From an uncultured Desulfosarcina sp. (GTDB lineage Bacteria > Desulfobacterota > Desulfobacteria > Desulfobacterales > Desulfosarcinaceae), in the NCBI GenBank assembly GCA_963674945.2, contig CAXXWQ010000004.1:3072001-3136000 (forward strand): a stretch of 64,000 nt of DNA, in the 5' to 3' direction. The translations under genes were made by a program, and so were the position numbers. Positions 46,162 to 56,241 of this stretch are shown one piece after another. A model generated the notes under the pieces. That model made no database searches, was not told the origin of the DNA, and was given only the letters and a program-made list of their open reading frames with translations. How positions within the stretch are numbered: the first letter of the stretch is position 1; each line of letters starts with the position of its first letter.

Positions 46162-47587
46162 TAGCTTTTCCTCCTGGCGAAAGCGGAAGCGTAATCGTAA
46201 CTCTTGCCCCTTTCGGGCGTCTATTTTCAATTCGAACCGTTCCATCATGGGCTTCGATGATATTTTTAACGATGCCCAACCCCAAACCCGTTCCCTTCTG
46301 TTTTGTCGTAACAAAAGGATCCCATATCTTTTCGATGATAGATTTGGATACACCCTGTCCATAATCTTCCACAATGACCCACAATGTACCGTCTTCGGAT
46401 TCGATGGTCACATCGATTGTACCGCCCTGGGGCATGGCCTGCATGCCGTTGATCAACAGGTTTAAAAACGCTTGGTAGAGCATATCCTTGTCCGCCAGCA
46501 GAACCGGAATGTCGGCTCCCGAAAAAGTTCTGATTTCATAGCCATTTTCCTTTAGATGCGCTTCGAGGAAATGGATGTTTTTGGCGATCACCTCCTCGAT
46601 ACGACAAGGGCTGCGATTGGGTGTTTTGGGACGGGCGTAGTTTAAAAAGTCTGTGATAATGTTGTTCAACCGGCGGGCTTCTGCCACGATGATATCGGCA
46701 ATGGCGTTCAAGGCATTTTGGGGGTCCATCTTTTTTTTCAATAATTCTGCGCTGCTGCTGATGATTCCTAATGGATTTCGGATTTCATGGGAGACGGCCG
46801 CGACCATCTCCCCAATTGAAGAGAGATGTTTGGCGTTTGCCAATTGTTCTTTAAGACGCAACCGCTCTATGGCGCGCTTTTCCATTATGCCCTCGCCCCG
46901 TTTTACAACAAAAATCAACGTCAGCAGCAAAATTCCCATGACGAAACTGATCGTACAGATAACCAGAACCTGGAACCGGAATATTCGGCTGTAGTCGCTG
47001 GACAGATCCTGCCGGATTTCCACAACTCCCAATACCGGTCCGGATATGGGGGACAACGGCTTTTCCGCCCGCAGAGGGGCAAAGGTAATAATTTTAATTT
47101 CCTTGGGAATACCCAAGAATATTTCCCATAAAGAGCCGTTTTGTACCAGCTTGGAAGTCGATTCTCCCGCCAGCGCATTTTTATAAAAGGTTCCCCCGAG
47201 GTTCTCCTTGCCCAGCAGCTCCTGTGAAAAGCTATAGGCGATGATGTCGTTTTTGCCGTATATATTGACCATTTCGACTTTGAAGCTGTGCAGGGTGCTT
47301 CGAACGACGCTGTCCATTCTTTCAAATTGCTCCTGGTGTCTCAACTCTATCTTTCCGTACTTTAATCCGACGGGAAGAATGAATTGCAAAAACACCTGAT
47401 GATTCAGATTTTCGATGAGCAGCAGCGCATAATCCTCGCTTTTTTGATACTGCATTTGGCGAACCCAATGGGTGTTTAATGAAGAGAGGATAATCGTACT
47501 GATGAAAATGACGATAAGACTGGTAAATGTAAAATATTTTACGAGACGAAACGGTTTGGCACGTTCTGTGAATTTTTTTTCGCGCAT
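46139..47587 (-). CDS. Membrane sensor histidine kinase
   Basis: Two TM helices, SHEIRNPL H-box, N-box, F-box, GTGLGL. Confidence 0.92.
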   Translation of the reverse strand: MREKKFTERAKPFRLVKYFTFTSLIVIFISTIILSSLNTHWVRQMQYQKSEDYALLLIENLNHQVFLQFILPVGLKYGKIELRHQEQFERMDSVVRSTLHSFKVEMVNIYGKNDIIAYSFSQELLGKENLGGTFYKNALAGESTSKLVQNGSLWEIFLGIPKEIKIITFAPLRAEKPLSPISGPVLGVVEIRQDLSSDYSRIFRFQVLVICTISFVMGILLLTLIFVVKRGEGIMEKRAIERLRLKEQLANAKHLSSIGEMVAAVSHEIRNPLGIISSSAELLKKKMDPQNALNAIADIIVAEARRLNNIITDFLNYARPKTPNRSPCRIEEVIAKNIHFLEAHLKENGYEIRTFSGADIPVLLADKDMLYQAFLNLLINGMQAMPQGGTIDVTIESEDGTLWVIVEDYGQGVSKSIIEKIWDPFVTTKQKGTGLGLGIVKNIIEAHDGTVRIENRRPKGARVTITLPLSPGGKANGNHSHC

Positions 47588-47765
47588 GGCAATTAATAAT
47601 GAAAAAAATGAGCTAAAGTTTTTTCACGCCGGTGCCGAACTCAGTGCTAACCACCGGCAACTGTATCAAAGCTATATTAAAAACTGAGTATCATGTCCAA
47701 TGTGCCTGTGGCCATCTAAAAAATGAAAAGATGGCAATATATAATACAGTATGTATAAAAATAGT

Positions 47766-47825
47766 TAAATTATATATAAAAGTCATATAATTTAGCTTGA
47801 CAACGAGCACGATAACATTTTGAAT
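47766..47825 (+). promoter_or_regulatory. Inverted-repeat operator and putative sigma70 promoter of the HTH-pilM operon
   Basis: TAAATTATAT-N9-ATATAATTTA (47766-47794) abutting TTGACA (47797-47802)-N17-TTGAAT. Confidence 0.45.
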
Positions 47826-47902
47826 GATGGGGAGTAACGAACGAAACCTTTTTGCCAGTGAAACAACATGACTTTTGTGAGGCCACAGGGCGGTAGTGTA
47901 AA

Positions 47903-48100
47903 ATGATTAAAAATTCACTAAAAAAGATTAGAGAGTCCCTTTTAATGAGCAAATCAGAACTGGCCAGAGAAGCGAATGTCTCTCCAATTACGATTACGAG
48001 GATTGAACAGGGGAAGCCATGCCGACTGGAGACCAAGAGAAAGATCCTGCTTGCTTTGGGATACAGTCTTTCGGACAGCAAAAAAATTTTTGGCGAATAG
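47903..48100 (+). CDS. Small XRE-family helix-turn-helix protein
   Basis: LKKIRE...MSKSELAREA.VS..TI.RIE.G. Confidence 0.85.
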   Translation: MIKNSLKKIRESLLMSKSELAREANVSPITITRIEQGKPCRLETKRKILLALGYSLSDSKKIFGE

Positions 48101-48111
48101 AAGAGTAAACC

Positions 48112-49170
48112 ATGTTTCTTGGAAAAAAAGATCAACTCATCGGCCTCGACATCGGATCGAGATCCATAAAGGCAGCGCAAATCTCAGAAACGAAAAAGGG
48201 TAGCTCACTCGAACGATTCGCGATTACCGAGATAGCACCCGGACTCATCGAGGATGGCGCGATTAAAGATGCCGAAAGGGTTTCGGACACCATACAACAA
48301 CTATTCAAAAATTATAGTATCAAGGGTAACAATGTCGCTCTTTCCATCGGTGGTTATTCGGTTATCGTCAAAAAAATCAATGTACAAACAATGCCGGAGG
48401 AACAACTGCAAGACACCATCAGTTTCGAAGCGGAGCAGTACATCCCCTTTGACATCGCCGATGTGAATCTGGATTTTCAAATTCTGGGCGAAAATCCAAA
48501 TAATCCAAACCAGATGAATGTCCTGCTGGTTGCCGCCAAAAAAGAGATGGTAAACGATTATGTGAATCTTGCACAGATGGCAGGACTGAATCCATGCGTT
48601 ATCGATGTGGACGCATTTGCCCTTCAAAATATTTACGAACTCAATTATTCACCATCTGAAGACGAAAATGTCGCGCTCATCGATATCGGTGCAAGCAAGA
48701 CGTCTTTGAACATACTAAAGGGTGCGACCTCTGTTTTCATGAGAGATGTCTCCCTGGGGTGTGGACAAATCAATCAAAAAATCGTCTCATTAATTGATTG
48801 CTCTTTGGATGATGCCGAGGAGATTAAATTCGGCACCCAGTCGGAAAAGATCGCTTCTGGCGACCTTACCGATATCGTTTCGTCCGTGGTGTCGGATTGG
48901 TGTACGGAAATCAGACGGGCATTGGATTTCTTTTACTCAACCTATCCAGATGATCAGATCAAAAAGATCGTCCTGAGTGGTGGCGGAGGCAATATTAAGG
49001 AGTTCAGGCAGTTGCTTTCTGTTGAGACTTCCGCCGAAGTCGCGACGATCAATCCTTTCGAGGGGTTTCAGGTAGACACGAATCGGTTTGACGTGGAATT
49101 TTTAAAAAAAATCGCCCCCCAGGCTTCCATTAGCATGGGACTGGCAACGAGAAAAGTTGATGATAAATGA
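48112..49170 (+). CDS. pilM: Type IV pilus assembly protein PilM
   Basis: IGLDIGS..IK, EAEQYIPF, ALIDIGA, LSGGG. Operon order. Confidence 0.95.
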   Translation: MFLGKKDQLIGLDIGSRSIKAAQISETKKGSSLERFAITEIAPGLIEDGAIKDAERVSDTIQQLFKNYSIKGNNVALSIGGYSVIVKKINVQTMPEEQLQDTISFEAEQYIPFDIADVNLDFQILGENPNNPNQMNVLLVAAKKEMVNDYVNLAQMAGLNPCVIDVDAFALQNIYELNYSPSEDENVALIDIGASKTSLNILKGATSVFMRDVSLGCGQINQKIVSLIDCSLDDAEEIKFGTQSEKIASGDLTDIVSSVVSDWCTEIRRALDFFYSTYPDDQIKKIVLSGGGGNIKEFRQLLSVETSAEVATINPFEGFQVDTNRFDVEFLKKIAPQASISMGLATRKVDDK

Positions 49171-49730
49171 TACGCATTAATTTACTCCCATTTCGAGCCG
49201 CACGAAAAAAAGAGAATATTCGGAGACAAGTTTCCATATTTTTTCTCTCTCTCTTCCTAGTAATCATCGTCGCGTCTTGGTTCAATTTCGTCTTGTCCGG
49301 AAAAATAAAATCCTTGGACAAGAAAATCGTTGCAACCAAAGCCCAGGTTGAAAAGTATAATAAAATCAACAGGGAAATTGCTGAGATTAAAAAGAACCTG
49401 GAAACTTTACAGAAAAAGATTGACGTTATTGAATCTTTGGATCTGACGCGAAAAGCCCCTGTCGACCTGCTCAATGACATGTCACAACTGGTAGTAGAAA
49501 ACCAGATGTGGCTAACGTCGCTGGAAGACAGATCGGGAAACATTAAAGTCGTTGGCATCGCCCTGGACAATCCGACTGTTGCCGAGTACATGACCCGACT
49601 TGAGTCATCAAAAAAATATACCGGCGTCAGACTCGTGTCAATTAACCAGGATACTAGTGTCAGGGGATTGGCGCTAAAACGGTTCAGTATCAATTTTCAA
49701 AAAGTCACACCGAAAAAAAAACCTGAATAG
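49167..49730 (+). CDS. pilN: Type IV pilus assembly protein PilN
   Basis: MIRINLLP, TM helix, coiled coil. Confidence 0.93.
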   Translation: MIRINLLPFRAARKKENIRRQVSIFFLSLFLVIIVASWFNFVLSGKIKSLDKKIVATKAQVEKYNKINREIAEIKKNLETLQKKIDVIESLDLTRKAPVDLLNDMSQLVVENQMWLTSLEDRSGNIKVVGIALDNPTVAEYMTRLESSKKYTGVRLVSINQDTSVRGLALKRFSINFQKVTPKKKPE

Positions 49731-49735
49731 GTGAT

Positions 49736-50380
49736 GTGGATATGAAAAAGGGTAACGCGGTTTCCATTGAAAAGGAAAATCAGATTTTTGAAAAGCTGGA
49801 ACAGCTTACCAAGGTCCAGCGGATCGCCATATGGGCAGGGATTCTGATATTGGTAATCGGCGGATTCGTTTATTTTTCATACATGAAAAAATTTGAAAAA
49901 ATAGACAGGCTTCAGACCAATCTTGCAAAAGTCGAAAAGGAATTGAAAACTGCCAAAAAAAACGCGCAGGAGCTGAATTCCTATAGAAAAAAAATGCAAG
50001 CGGCAGAAAAGGAGTTTAAGGTCGTTATGCGTGCTCTGCCTGAAAAGGAAGAAATTCCACCCCTTCTGACGGGTATTTCGAAAGCCGGAAAAAATTCCGG
50101 TCTGGACTTTCTTCTTTTTCAACCAAAACCCGAGGTAAAAAAGGACTTCTATGCCGAAATCCCCGTGGCAATTCAGGTCGTTGGCAATTATCATGGCGTC
50201 GCGACCTTCTTCGAGGGCGTTGCAGAATTGAACCGGATCGTGAATATCAAAGATATCACCATTTCACCTGGCAGCAGTGATGATAAAATGGTTACGAACT
50301 GCACGGCCGTTACCTATAAATTCCTTGAGCCGAGCGAACAACCAACGAATAAGAGAAAGAACAGGAAAAAGAAGCGATAA
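49736..50380 (+). CDS. pilO: Type IV pilus assembly protein PilO
   Basis: LP...EIP.LL, FYAEIP, G.YH...FF...L.RIV. Confidence 0.93.
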   Translation: MDMKKGNAVSIEKENQIFEKLEQLTKVQRIAIWAGILILVIGGFVYFSYMKKFEKIDRLQTNLAKVEKELKTAKKNAQELNSYRKKMQAAEKEFKVVMRALPEKEEIPPLLTGISKAGKNSGLDFLLFQPKPEVKKDFYAEIPVAIQVVGNYHGVATFFEGVAELNRIVNIKDITISPGSSDDKMVTNCTAVTYKFLEPSEQPTNKRKNRKKKR

Positions 50381-50384
50381 TACC

Positions 50385-50999
50385 ATGCGAATGCAACGTA
50401 ACAAAAATTATTTGATTTTGCTCCTGTTTTTGCTGATTCCTGGTTTTATTTGGAGTTGTGGCGAAGATAAAGAGCCGCCCCAACAATCCCAGGTTGTCAG
50501 CAAGAAGATTACAGTAAAAGATCAACCCCAGCCGGAAAAAAAACAAGATACGCCGGCTGTAAAGGATCGGTCGGAAAATGCCGAAACCGAGGTAACGGCT
50601 GCGCCCACAAATGCTGCAACGCGGATTTACCACCCGAAAGAGAGGACCAATCCCTTCACGCCTTTGTTTCGTGCAGAAAAAAAAGATACCAGTATCGCAC
50701 CTTCGACAAAAGGCAAGAAGAAAAAGCGATTGCCCCAAACACCATTGGAGAGAATCGGTCTCGATCAGCTTAAGCTTGTTGCAACCATTCGAGCCCCCTC
50801 TGGAAACAGAGCTCTCGTGGAAGATAGCAGTGGTAAAGGGTACATCATAAAGAACGGAACCTATATCGGATTGAACTCCGGAATTGTGACCCAGATCAAC
50901 GCGGCGAGTGTGATCGTCGAGGAAGAAATTGAGAACTTTTTGGGAGAGCAGATTCTCCAAAATACCGAAATAAAACTTCAGAAACCGGCTGGAGAGTAA
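50385..50999 (+). CDS. pilP: Type IV pilus assembly lipoprotein PilP
   Basis: Lipobox-like IWSC, R.NPF.P, PLE...L.QLKLV, G.YIG.N.G. Confidence 0.9.
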   Translation: MRMQRNKNYLILLLFLLIPGFIWSCGEDKEPPQQSQVVSKKITVKDQPQPEKKQDTPAVKDRSENAETEVTAAPTNAATRIYHPKERTNPFTPLFRAEKKDTSIAPSTKGKKKKRLPQTPLERIGLDQLKLVATIRAPSGNRALVEDSSGKGYIIKNGTYIGLNSGIVTQINAASVIVEEEIENFLGEQILQNTEIKLQKPAGE

Positions 51000-51000
51000 T

Positions 51001-53430
51001 ATGTGCAACTTCAGGATCAAATGTAATGAGAGAATAACACTCGTTTTTTGCCTTGGTTTGATCGTCGCTTTTCTCCTTACAGGATGTGCGACCCAAGGAA
51101 AAAATGGTAAAACAGGTGCTGCCGATGTTGATCCTTCCTCATCCGTGACGATTACATCCATTGGGTTGTCCGAGGCGGCTGACACGGCAAGTGTTGTTAT
51201 TACCAGTACCGCGCCGTTGACCTATACTTCCGTCAAACAGCCGCTTCCATTGGGCGTTGTTCTCTATTTCCCCAATACTCGTATCGATGTTTCCAACGAC
51301 AGTGTGCAGGCTGCCGGAGATCCCGTGACGGCGATACACGCCGGTTCGGTCGCTTCAGCGAACGACACAGCGCGCATTGAGATTCTTTTGGCAGAGGATG
51401 CACCATACAATGTCGTTCAAGATGCCGATGCCCTCAAGATCCAGTTCGCCAAGTCTATTCCCGTCAAGGAAGCCGAGGGTAGCGGTCCGGCAACGGCATC
51501 CGCCTCCGCGCCTGAAGCAGCGATCCTGGCGACGCCTGTGCAGTCGTCGGCACCGGCCGCGCCTTTCACCAGCCAGATAACGCCGTCCGGTACCTATCAG
51601 GGCACCGGTGTTGAGGTCAACAAAGAAGACCAAATCTGGGTGAATCGCATCGACTTTCTGGGGGAGCAAGATGGGAAGTCGACCCTTTCCATCGAAACGA
51701 CAAAAAAAGTGGACTACAAAATACAAAAGGTTACCGATACCCTTTTGGAACTTCGCCTGATGAACACAAACATCGCTGAATTCAGGCAACGGCCTTTGAT
51801 CACCACCCGGTTCGAAAGCGCGGTCAATCGCATTATGCCCGTTCAATTGCCATCAATGAAGAATTATTCGATGTTCTCCATCGAACTTCGCGAACCGGTC
51901 AGCTATTACGTGGAGCAGGTGGAAGAATTGTTACTTGTTCACTTCGGCGCTTCCTCGGTTCCCCCCGCACCCGCTGACGAGACAAACCTTCCGGAATGGA
52001 AGAAAGCCCTCCAAGAGACATTGGGTCCCGCCGACGTTTTCATGGCCGAATCCCCAAAAGGGCAGGCTGCGACCGTGGGACAAACAGGAAGTTCCATGGA
52101 AAAAGAGATGGATTTGCCCTTGGATGTGAACGCAGCCGAATCGATCATGGATGCGGACCAAGCCATGGTCATCAAGAAGAAGACCAAAAAGTTTACCGGA
52201 GAGAAGATCGCATTAGATTTTTTCCAGACCGACGTTAAGAACGTATTTCGGATCCTTCGAGAGGTGAGTGGTAAGAATTTTGCCATCGACAAGGACGTGA
52301 GCGGAAAAGTGACACTGACGCTGGAGAAACCGGTTCCCTGGGATCAGGTTATGGACCTGGTTTTACGGATGAACCAGCTTGGAATGGTCGCCGAAGGGGA
52401 TATCTATCGGATCGCAACACTGACAACGCTCAAACAGGAAAACGAACTGAGAAAAGCCCAGATTGCCGCCCTTCAAAAGGAAAAAGAGCAGTTAAAGGCC
52501 CTCGAGCCGCTGGAGACCCGGTATATTCCCATCAGTTATTCCAATGCAACCTCCGAAATATTGCCTCACATTCAGAAGATCGTTACCCCGGGAAGGGGGA
52601 GTGCAACCGTCGACGAGAAAAACAACCAGATCATTATTACAGATACAATAGACAAGATCCGCCAGGCTCAGGAGATCACCGCCCAGATCGACAAGGTGAC
52701 AGCGCAGGTGATTATCGAAGCCCGGGTTGTGGAAGTCGAGGAGAGTTATACCAAAGAGCTGGGATTCAACTGGGAACTGGGTGTCGGACCCATCACCATG
52801 TTCAACCACGGTTCCGAGTATGAGGGCAATGTCGCCATGAACTATGCGGCATCCTCGGACAATGGATTCGGCTTGAGCTATACCAAAATCGCCGGAACGC
52901 CGTTAACATTGGACGCGAGACTCACCGCGCTTGAGACCAACGGGAAAGCCCGGGTCCTTTCCGCACCGAAAATCGTGACCCTGAACAACAAGAAAGCCAA
53001 AATCAAACAGGGATCCGAAGTCGGATACCTGGAACGGGATTCTGCCGGCGGTTCATCGGTCAGTTTCAAGGACGTCGATCTATTGCTCGAAGTCACACCC
53101 CATGTGACGCCGGACAATCGTATTTCCCTGAGCATCAACATCACCAAGAACGATGTCACCAACTACGTCGAAGGGGTGCCGGTCATCTCCACAAACGAAG
53201 CCAACACGGAGCTTTTGGTAAACGACGGAGACACCGTGGTCATCGGTGGTATCATCAAATCCTCACAAGGCAGTGAGAAAAGCGCCTTTCCCGGGCTGCA
53301 TAAAATACCCGTCTTGGGATGGATGTTCCAGAGCAATCTGGATCAGTACGAAAGCCTCGAATTGCTGATTTTCATGAATCCCAAGATCGTTCAGCTGGAA
53401 CAGCGTCATGCGTCCTATATGGACCAATAA
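51001..53430 (+). CDS. pilQ: Type IV pilus secretin PilQ (AMIN domains plus secretin)
   Basis: LTGC lipobox, FTGEKI.LDF, VPWDQ, QVIIEARVVEV, L.VTP.VT, IP.LGWMF. Confidence 0.95.
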   Translation: MCNFRIKCNERITLVFCLGLIVAFLLTGCATQGKNGKTGAADVDPSSSVTITSIGLSEAADTASVVITSTAPLTYTSVKQPLPLGVVLYFPNTRIDVSNDSVQAAGDPVTAIHAGSVASANDTARIEILLAEDAPYNVVQDADALKIQFAKSIPVKEAEGSGPATASASAPEAAILATPVQSSAPAAPFTSQITPSGTYQGTGVEVNKEDQIWVNRIDFLGEQDGKSTLSIETTKKVDYKIQKVTDTLLELRLMNTNIAEFRQRPLITTRFESAVNRIMPVQLPSMKNYSMFSIELREPVSYYVEQVEELLLVHFGASSVPPAPADETNLPEWKKALQETLGPADVFMAESPKGQAATVGQTGSSMEKEMDLPLDVNAAESIMDADQAMVIKKKTKKFTGEKIALDFFQTDVKNVFRILREVSGKNFAIDKDVSGKVTLTLEKPVPWDQVMDLVLRMNQLGMVAEGDIYRIATLTTLKQENELRKAQIAALQKEKEQLKALEPLETRYIPISYSNATSEILPHIQKIVTPGRGSATVDEKNNQIIITDTIDKIRQAQEITAQIDKVTAQVIIEARVVEVEESYTKELGFNWELGVGPITMFNHGSEYEGNVAMNYAASSDNGFGLSYTKIAGTPLTLDARLTALETNGKARVLSAPKIVTLNNKKAKIKQGSEVGYLERDSAGGSSVSFKDVDLLLEVTPHVTPDNRISLSINITKNDVTNYVEGVPVISTNEANTELLVNDGDTVVIGGIIKSSQGSEKSAFPGLHKIPVLGWMFQSNLDQYESLELLIFMNPKIVQLEQRHASYMDQ

Positions 53431-53541
53431 CACAAACACGGGGGAATCCCCATCCGTTAACAACACCCGGTATGGACGCATGCCGGCGTACCACGGTCAT
53501 TGAAGATAACCGATAAAGGATCCATTTTTGGAGGTCGATAC

Positions 53542-55425
53542 ATGAAAAATCCTTTTTTCAAATTGATATCAGGTTTACTCGTACTATTCGCGGCGTTTTC
53601 GTTTATTGCCTGTTCAGAGGGTGTAGATGAAGGTGGTGGAACAACTCCGGCACAGATCGCGAGTTCCATCGCGATCGGCGTATCGGCCTCCTCGGTATCT
53701 TCGGGTGGTGAATCTTCAATTCAGGTTACGGCCTCACTTCTGGACCAGAACAACGCCGCCGTGGAGGGCGTGCCGGTGTCCTTTTCCGCAAGCACCGGGA
53801 AGTTGAGCATGGCCTCACTAGAGACGGATAGCAGCGGCCTCGCACAGGTCGACTTCAGTTCCGGCTATAACGATCAGAGCAACCGTACCGCCACCATCAC
53901 GGCGACGGCCGGAGCGCTGACGGCCCAGGTCCCGGTCCAGATCACCGGTTCAGCAGTTACGGTGAATCAAAACAAATCCACCCTCATCATCGGTGAGGCG
54001 CCGGATAGTCTGGAAATCTACGTGACCAACTCGGTCGGCACGGCAATCAACAACACGCCGGTAACCATTGCCGTCGCCGCCTCTTCTACGGGAAATGTAA
54101 CGATGACCCCAACTTCGGGCAACACGGGCGTGGAAGGCACCCTCGACGTTTCGGTTTCCGGAGCCAACGCCGGGACGGTCACACTGATGATCACTGCTGC
54201 CGGCGCCACGGCATCTTGCCAATACATGGTCGAATCAGCTGGTAATGTCTTGCAGATCACCAGTCCGACAGATCCGGCAAGCATGGCCACCGACCAATCC
54301 CTCACGATCGTGGTAGCCGATCCAAATCCCGGGCCGAGTAATCAGGTGGTGCTTTCCACCACACTGGGCACACTCACCAATGGGGGCAGTTCGGGGTCTG
54401 CGGTAATCCTTCCCGTGTCGGGCGGCCAGGTAACTGCCGTGTTGACCTCCAGCACCGCTGGTATTGCCACTATACAGGCCTATGACAAAGATTCCCCCGG
54501 CGTCACGGATAGCATCACGGTAGCCATGTATGCGCCGGCCAGCGACGCCAATAGCATCTCCATCCAGGCCAGCAATACCGTGGTGGCAGTCAGCACCGCC
54601 CAATCGAAGAATTCGGTACAAATCACCGCAAGGGTGCTCGACGATAATGATGTGCCGGTGGGACAGGCGCCGGTGGTCTTCACCATGACCAACACCACCG
54701 GTGGAGGTGAATATATCTCTCCAAGTATTGTCTATACCGATGTAACCGGGGTCGCGAAAACCACTTTCACATCCGGTTCTCTGAGTTCCGCCGGAGACGG
54801 GGTCCGCGTCTCCGCCTATGTCTTGGGCAGTAGTCCGACCATCGAAACCTTAGAGCCCGTGGAAATTATTATCGGTGGCACCGCAGGGTCCGTATCCATC
54901 GGCGTCAGCACAGATATCGAATCGGTAAACGAAGGAACCGCCTATCGCCTCGCAGTTTCCATTCTCGTGTCCGATTCCAATGGTAATCCGGTTCCCGGCG
55001 CTGAGGTGACAATGAACCTGTGGCCTTATTACTACTATGCAGGAAATGCCTACACGTCTACTCCCGAATATGATTGGTGGGGGCCTTTCGCAAATGAAGA
55101 CGATCCTGACAGGAATCTAAATTTGGATCCCGGCGAGGATCTCAACGATGATGGACAGCTGACACCGGGAATCTCGACAGCCGGAAGCATGCCCGGTGTG
55201 GTCACGGTGGATGAAAACGGTGTGGGAACCTTCGATTGGATCTATCTGAAGAGCTATGCCTGGTATGTCCGGGCTGAGATCAGTGCGAGCACATTCGTTC
55301 TGGGCAGCGAAACGACATCTTCCATCCTTCAACTGTTGATACCGTCCCAAGACGATGTGCAGGAAGGGTCCCTGGGGTGGTCGCCCTTCTTGCCCCCTAC
55401 CGGATTTGTTCCACCGACACCGTAA
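53542..55425 (+). CDS. Lipoprotein with multiple bacterial Ig-like (Big_1, invasin/intimin-type) domains
   Basis: FIAC lipobox, Ser/Thr/Val-rich repeats (A.V.D.N..PV....V.F...TD..G.A), Asp-rich EDDPDRNLNLDPGEDLNDDGQLTPG. Confidence 0.8.
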   Translation: MKNPFFKLISGLLVLFAAFSFIACSEGVDEGGGTTPAQIASSIAIGVSASSVSSGGESSIQVTASLLDQNNAAVEGVPVSFSASTGKLSMASLETDSSGLAQVDFSSGYNDQSNRTATITATAGALTAQVPVQITGSAVTVNQNKSTLIIGEAPDSLEIYVTNSVGTAINNTPVTIAVAASSTGNVTMTPTSGNTGVEGTLDVSVSGANAGTVTLMITAAGATASCQYMVESAGNVLQITSPTDPASMATDQSLTIVVADPNPGPSNQVVLSTTLGTLTNGGSSGSAVILPVSGGQVTAVLTSSTAGIATIQAYDKDSPGVTDSITVAMYAPASDANSISIQASNTVVAVSTAQSKNSVQITARVLDDNDVPVGQAPVVFTMTNTTGGGEYISPSIVYTDVTGVAKTTFTSGSLSSAGDGVRVSAYVLGSSPTIETLEPVEIIIGGTAGSVSIGVSTDIESVNEGTAYRLAVSILVSDSNGNPVPGAEVTMNLWPYYYYAGNAYTSTPEYDWWGPFANEDDPDRNLNLDPGEDLNDDGQLTPGISTAGSMPGVVTVDENGVGTFDWIYLKSYAWYVRAEISASTFVLGSETTSSILQLLIPSQDDVQEGSLGWSPFLPPTGFVPPTP

Positions 55426-55484
55426 ATCCCATTGATTCGGTCCTCCATGCGAGGGCCTGAGATGCAAAGCATTCAAATCTTATC

Positions 55485-55520
55485 AAGGCGTTGCCGATCA
55501 TCGTTCGGCAACGCTTTTTT
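55485..55520 (+). terminator. Intrinsic terminator at the end of the pil operon
   Basis: GCGTTGCCGA-tcatcgt-TCGGCAACGC-TTTTTT. Confidence 0.85.
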
Positions 55521-55531
55521 ATTGTTATGGA

Positions 55532-56182
55532 TTACCCCTCGTAAATCACTGCCAGTATCGTTGCCGTGCCCTTTGCCGCGGCGATCAGGTGGGGTGTGGT
55601 GGACAGGTAGTAGGCGCTGTCTCCGGGTGACAGGTCGAAGTGGTCGTCGCCGATGTCCAAAGACACCGTTCCTTCCAGGACGTAGATGAACTCCTCCCCT
55701 TCGTGGACGGATCTTTCCGCCTCTTTCGTCTCTTCCAACTGGACGATGAGCGACTCCATGTGCCTGCCTTTGACTTCGGACGCCAGGCTCTTGTATGTGT
55801 AGGCCTGTCTCTTCCCCTTTTGGGATGTGGAGCGGGAGACGGTCTTTTGTTCTTTTTTGCGGGTAATGGCATACAGCTTCTCACCCACGCCGGAAACCAG
55901 TCTGCCCAAGGCGCTGTCCAGTGCCTTGGAAAGTTTGATGGCCGTTCCCAATTGGGGCTGGACTTCGCATCGCTCGATGCTGTCGAGAAGCTCCACATCG
56001 AAACCGGTCATGTGGGACAATTCTTCCAGCGAAATCCCCTTGGCCTGGCGGATCGCCTTGATCCGCTGCCCGATGTCCTCTTGTCCGTCTTTTGTTGCGC
56101 CACAGGCATCCGTGCCGATGCGACCGGTCAGGTCTTCGAAATAATCCACGTTGATGTGGGGTTTTTTGGGGCCTGTTTCCAT
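55532..56182 (-). CDS. XRE-family HTH regulator with cupin domain
   Basis: IGQRIK.IR...SLEELS, HEGEEFIYVLEG, GDS.YY.S..PH. Confidence 0.88.
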   Translation of the reverse strand: METGPKKPHINVDYFEDLTGRIGTDACGATKDGQEDIGQRIKAIRQAKGISLEELSHMTGFDVELLDSIERCEVQPQLGTAIKLSKALDSALGRLVSGVGEKLYAITRKKEQKTVSRSTSQKGKRQAYTYKSLASEVKGRHMESLIVQLEETKEAERSVHEGEEFIYVLEGTVSLDIGDDHFDLSPGDSAYYLSTTPHLIAAAKGTATILAVIYEG

Positions 56183-56241
56183 GACATTACTCCTCGTTCA
56201 TCCATTTGAAATGGGCCTGTTTGGCAATTGCTTCATGACGG

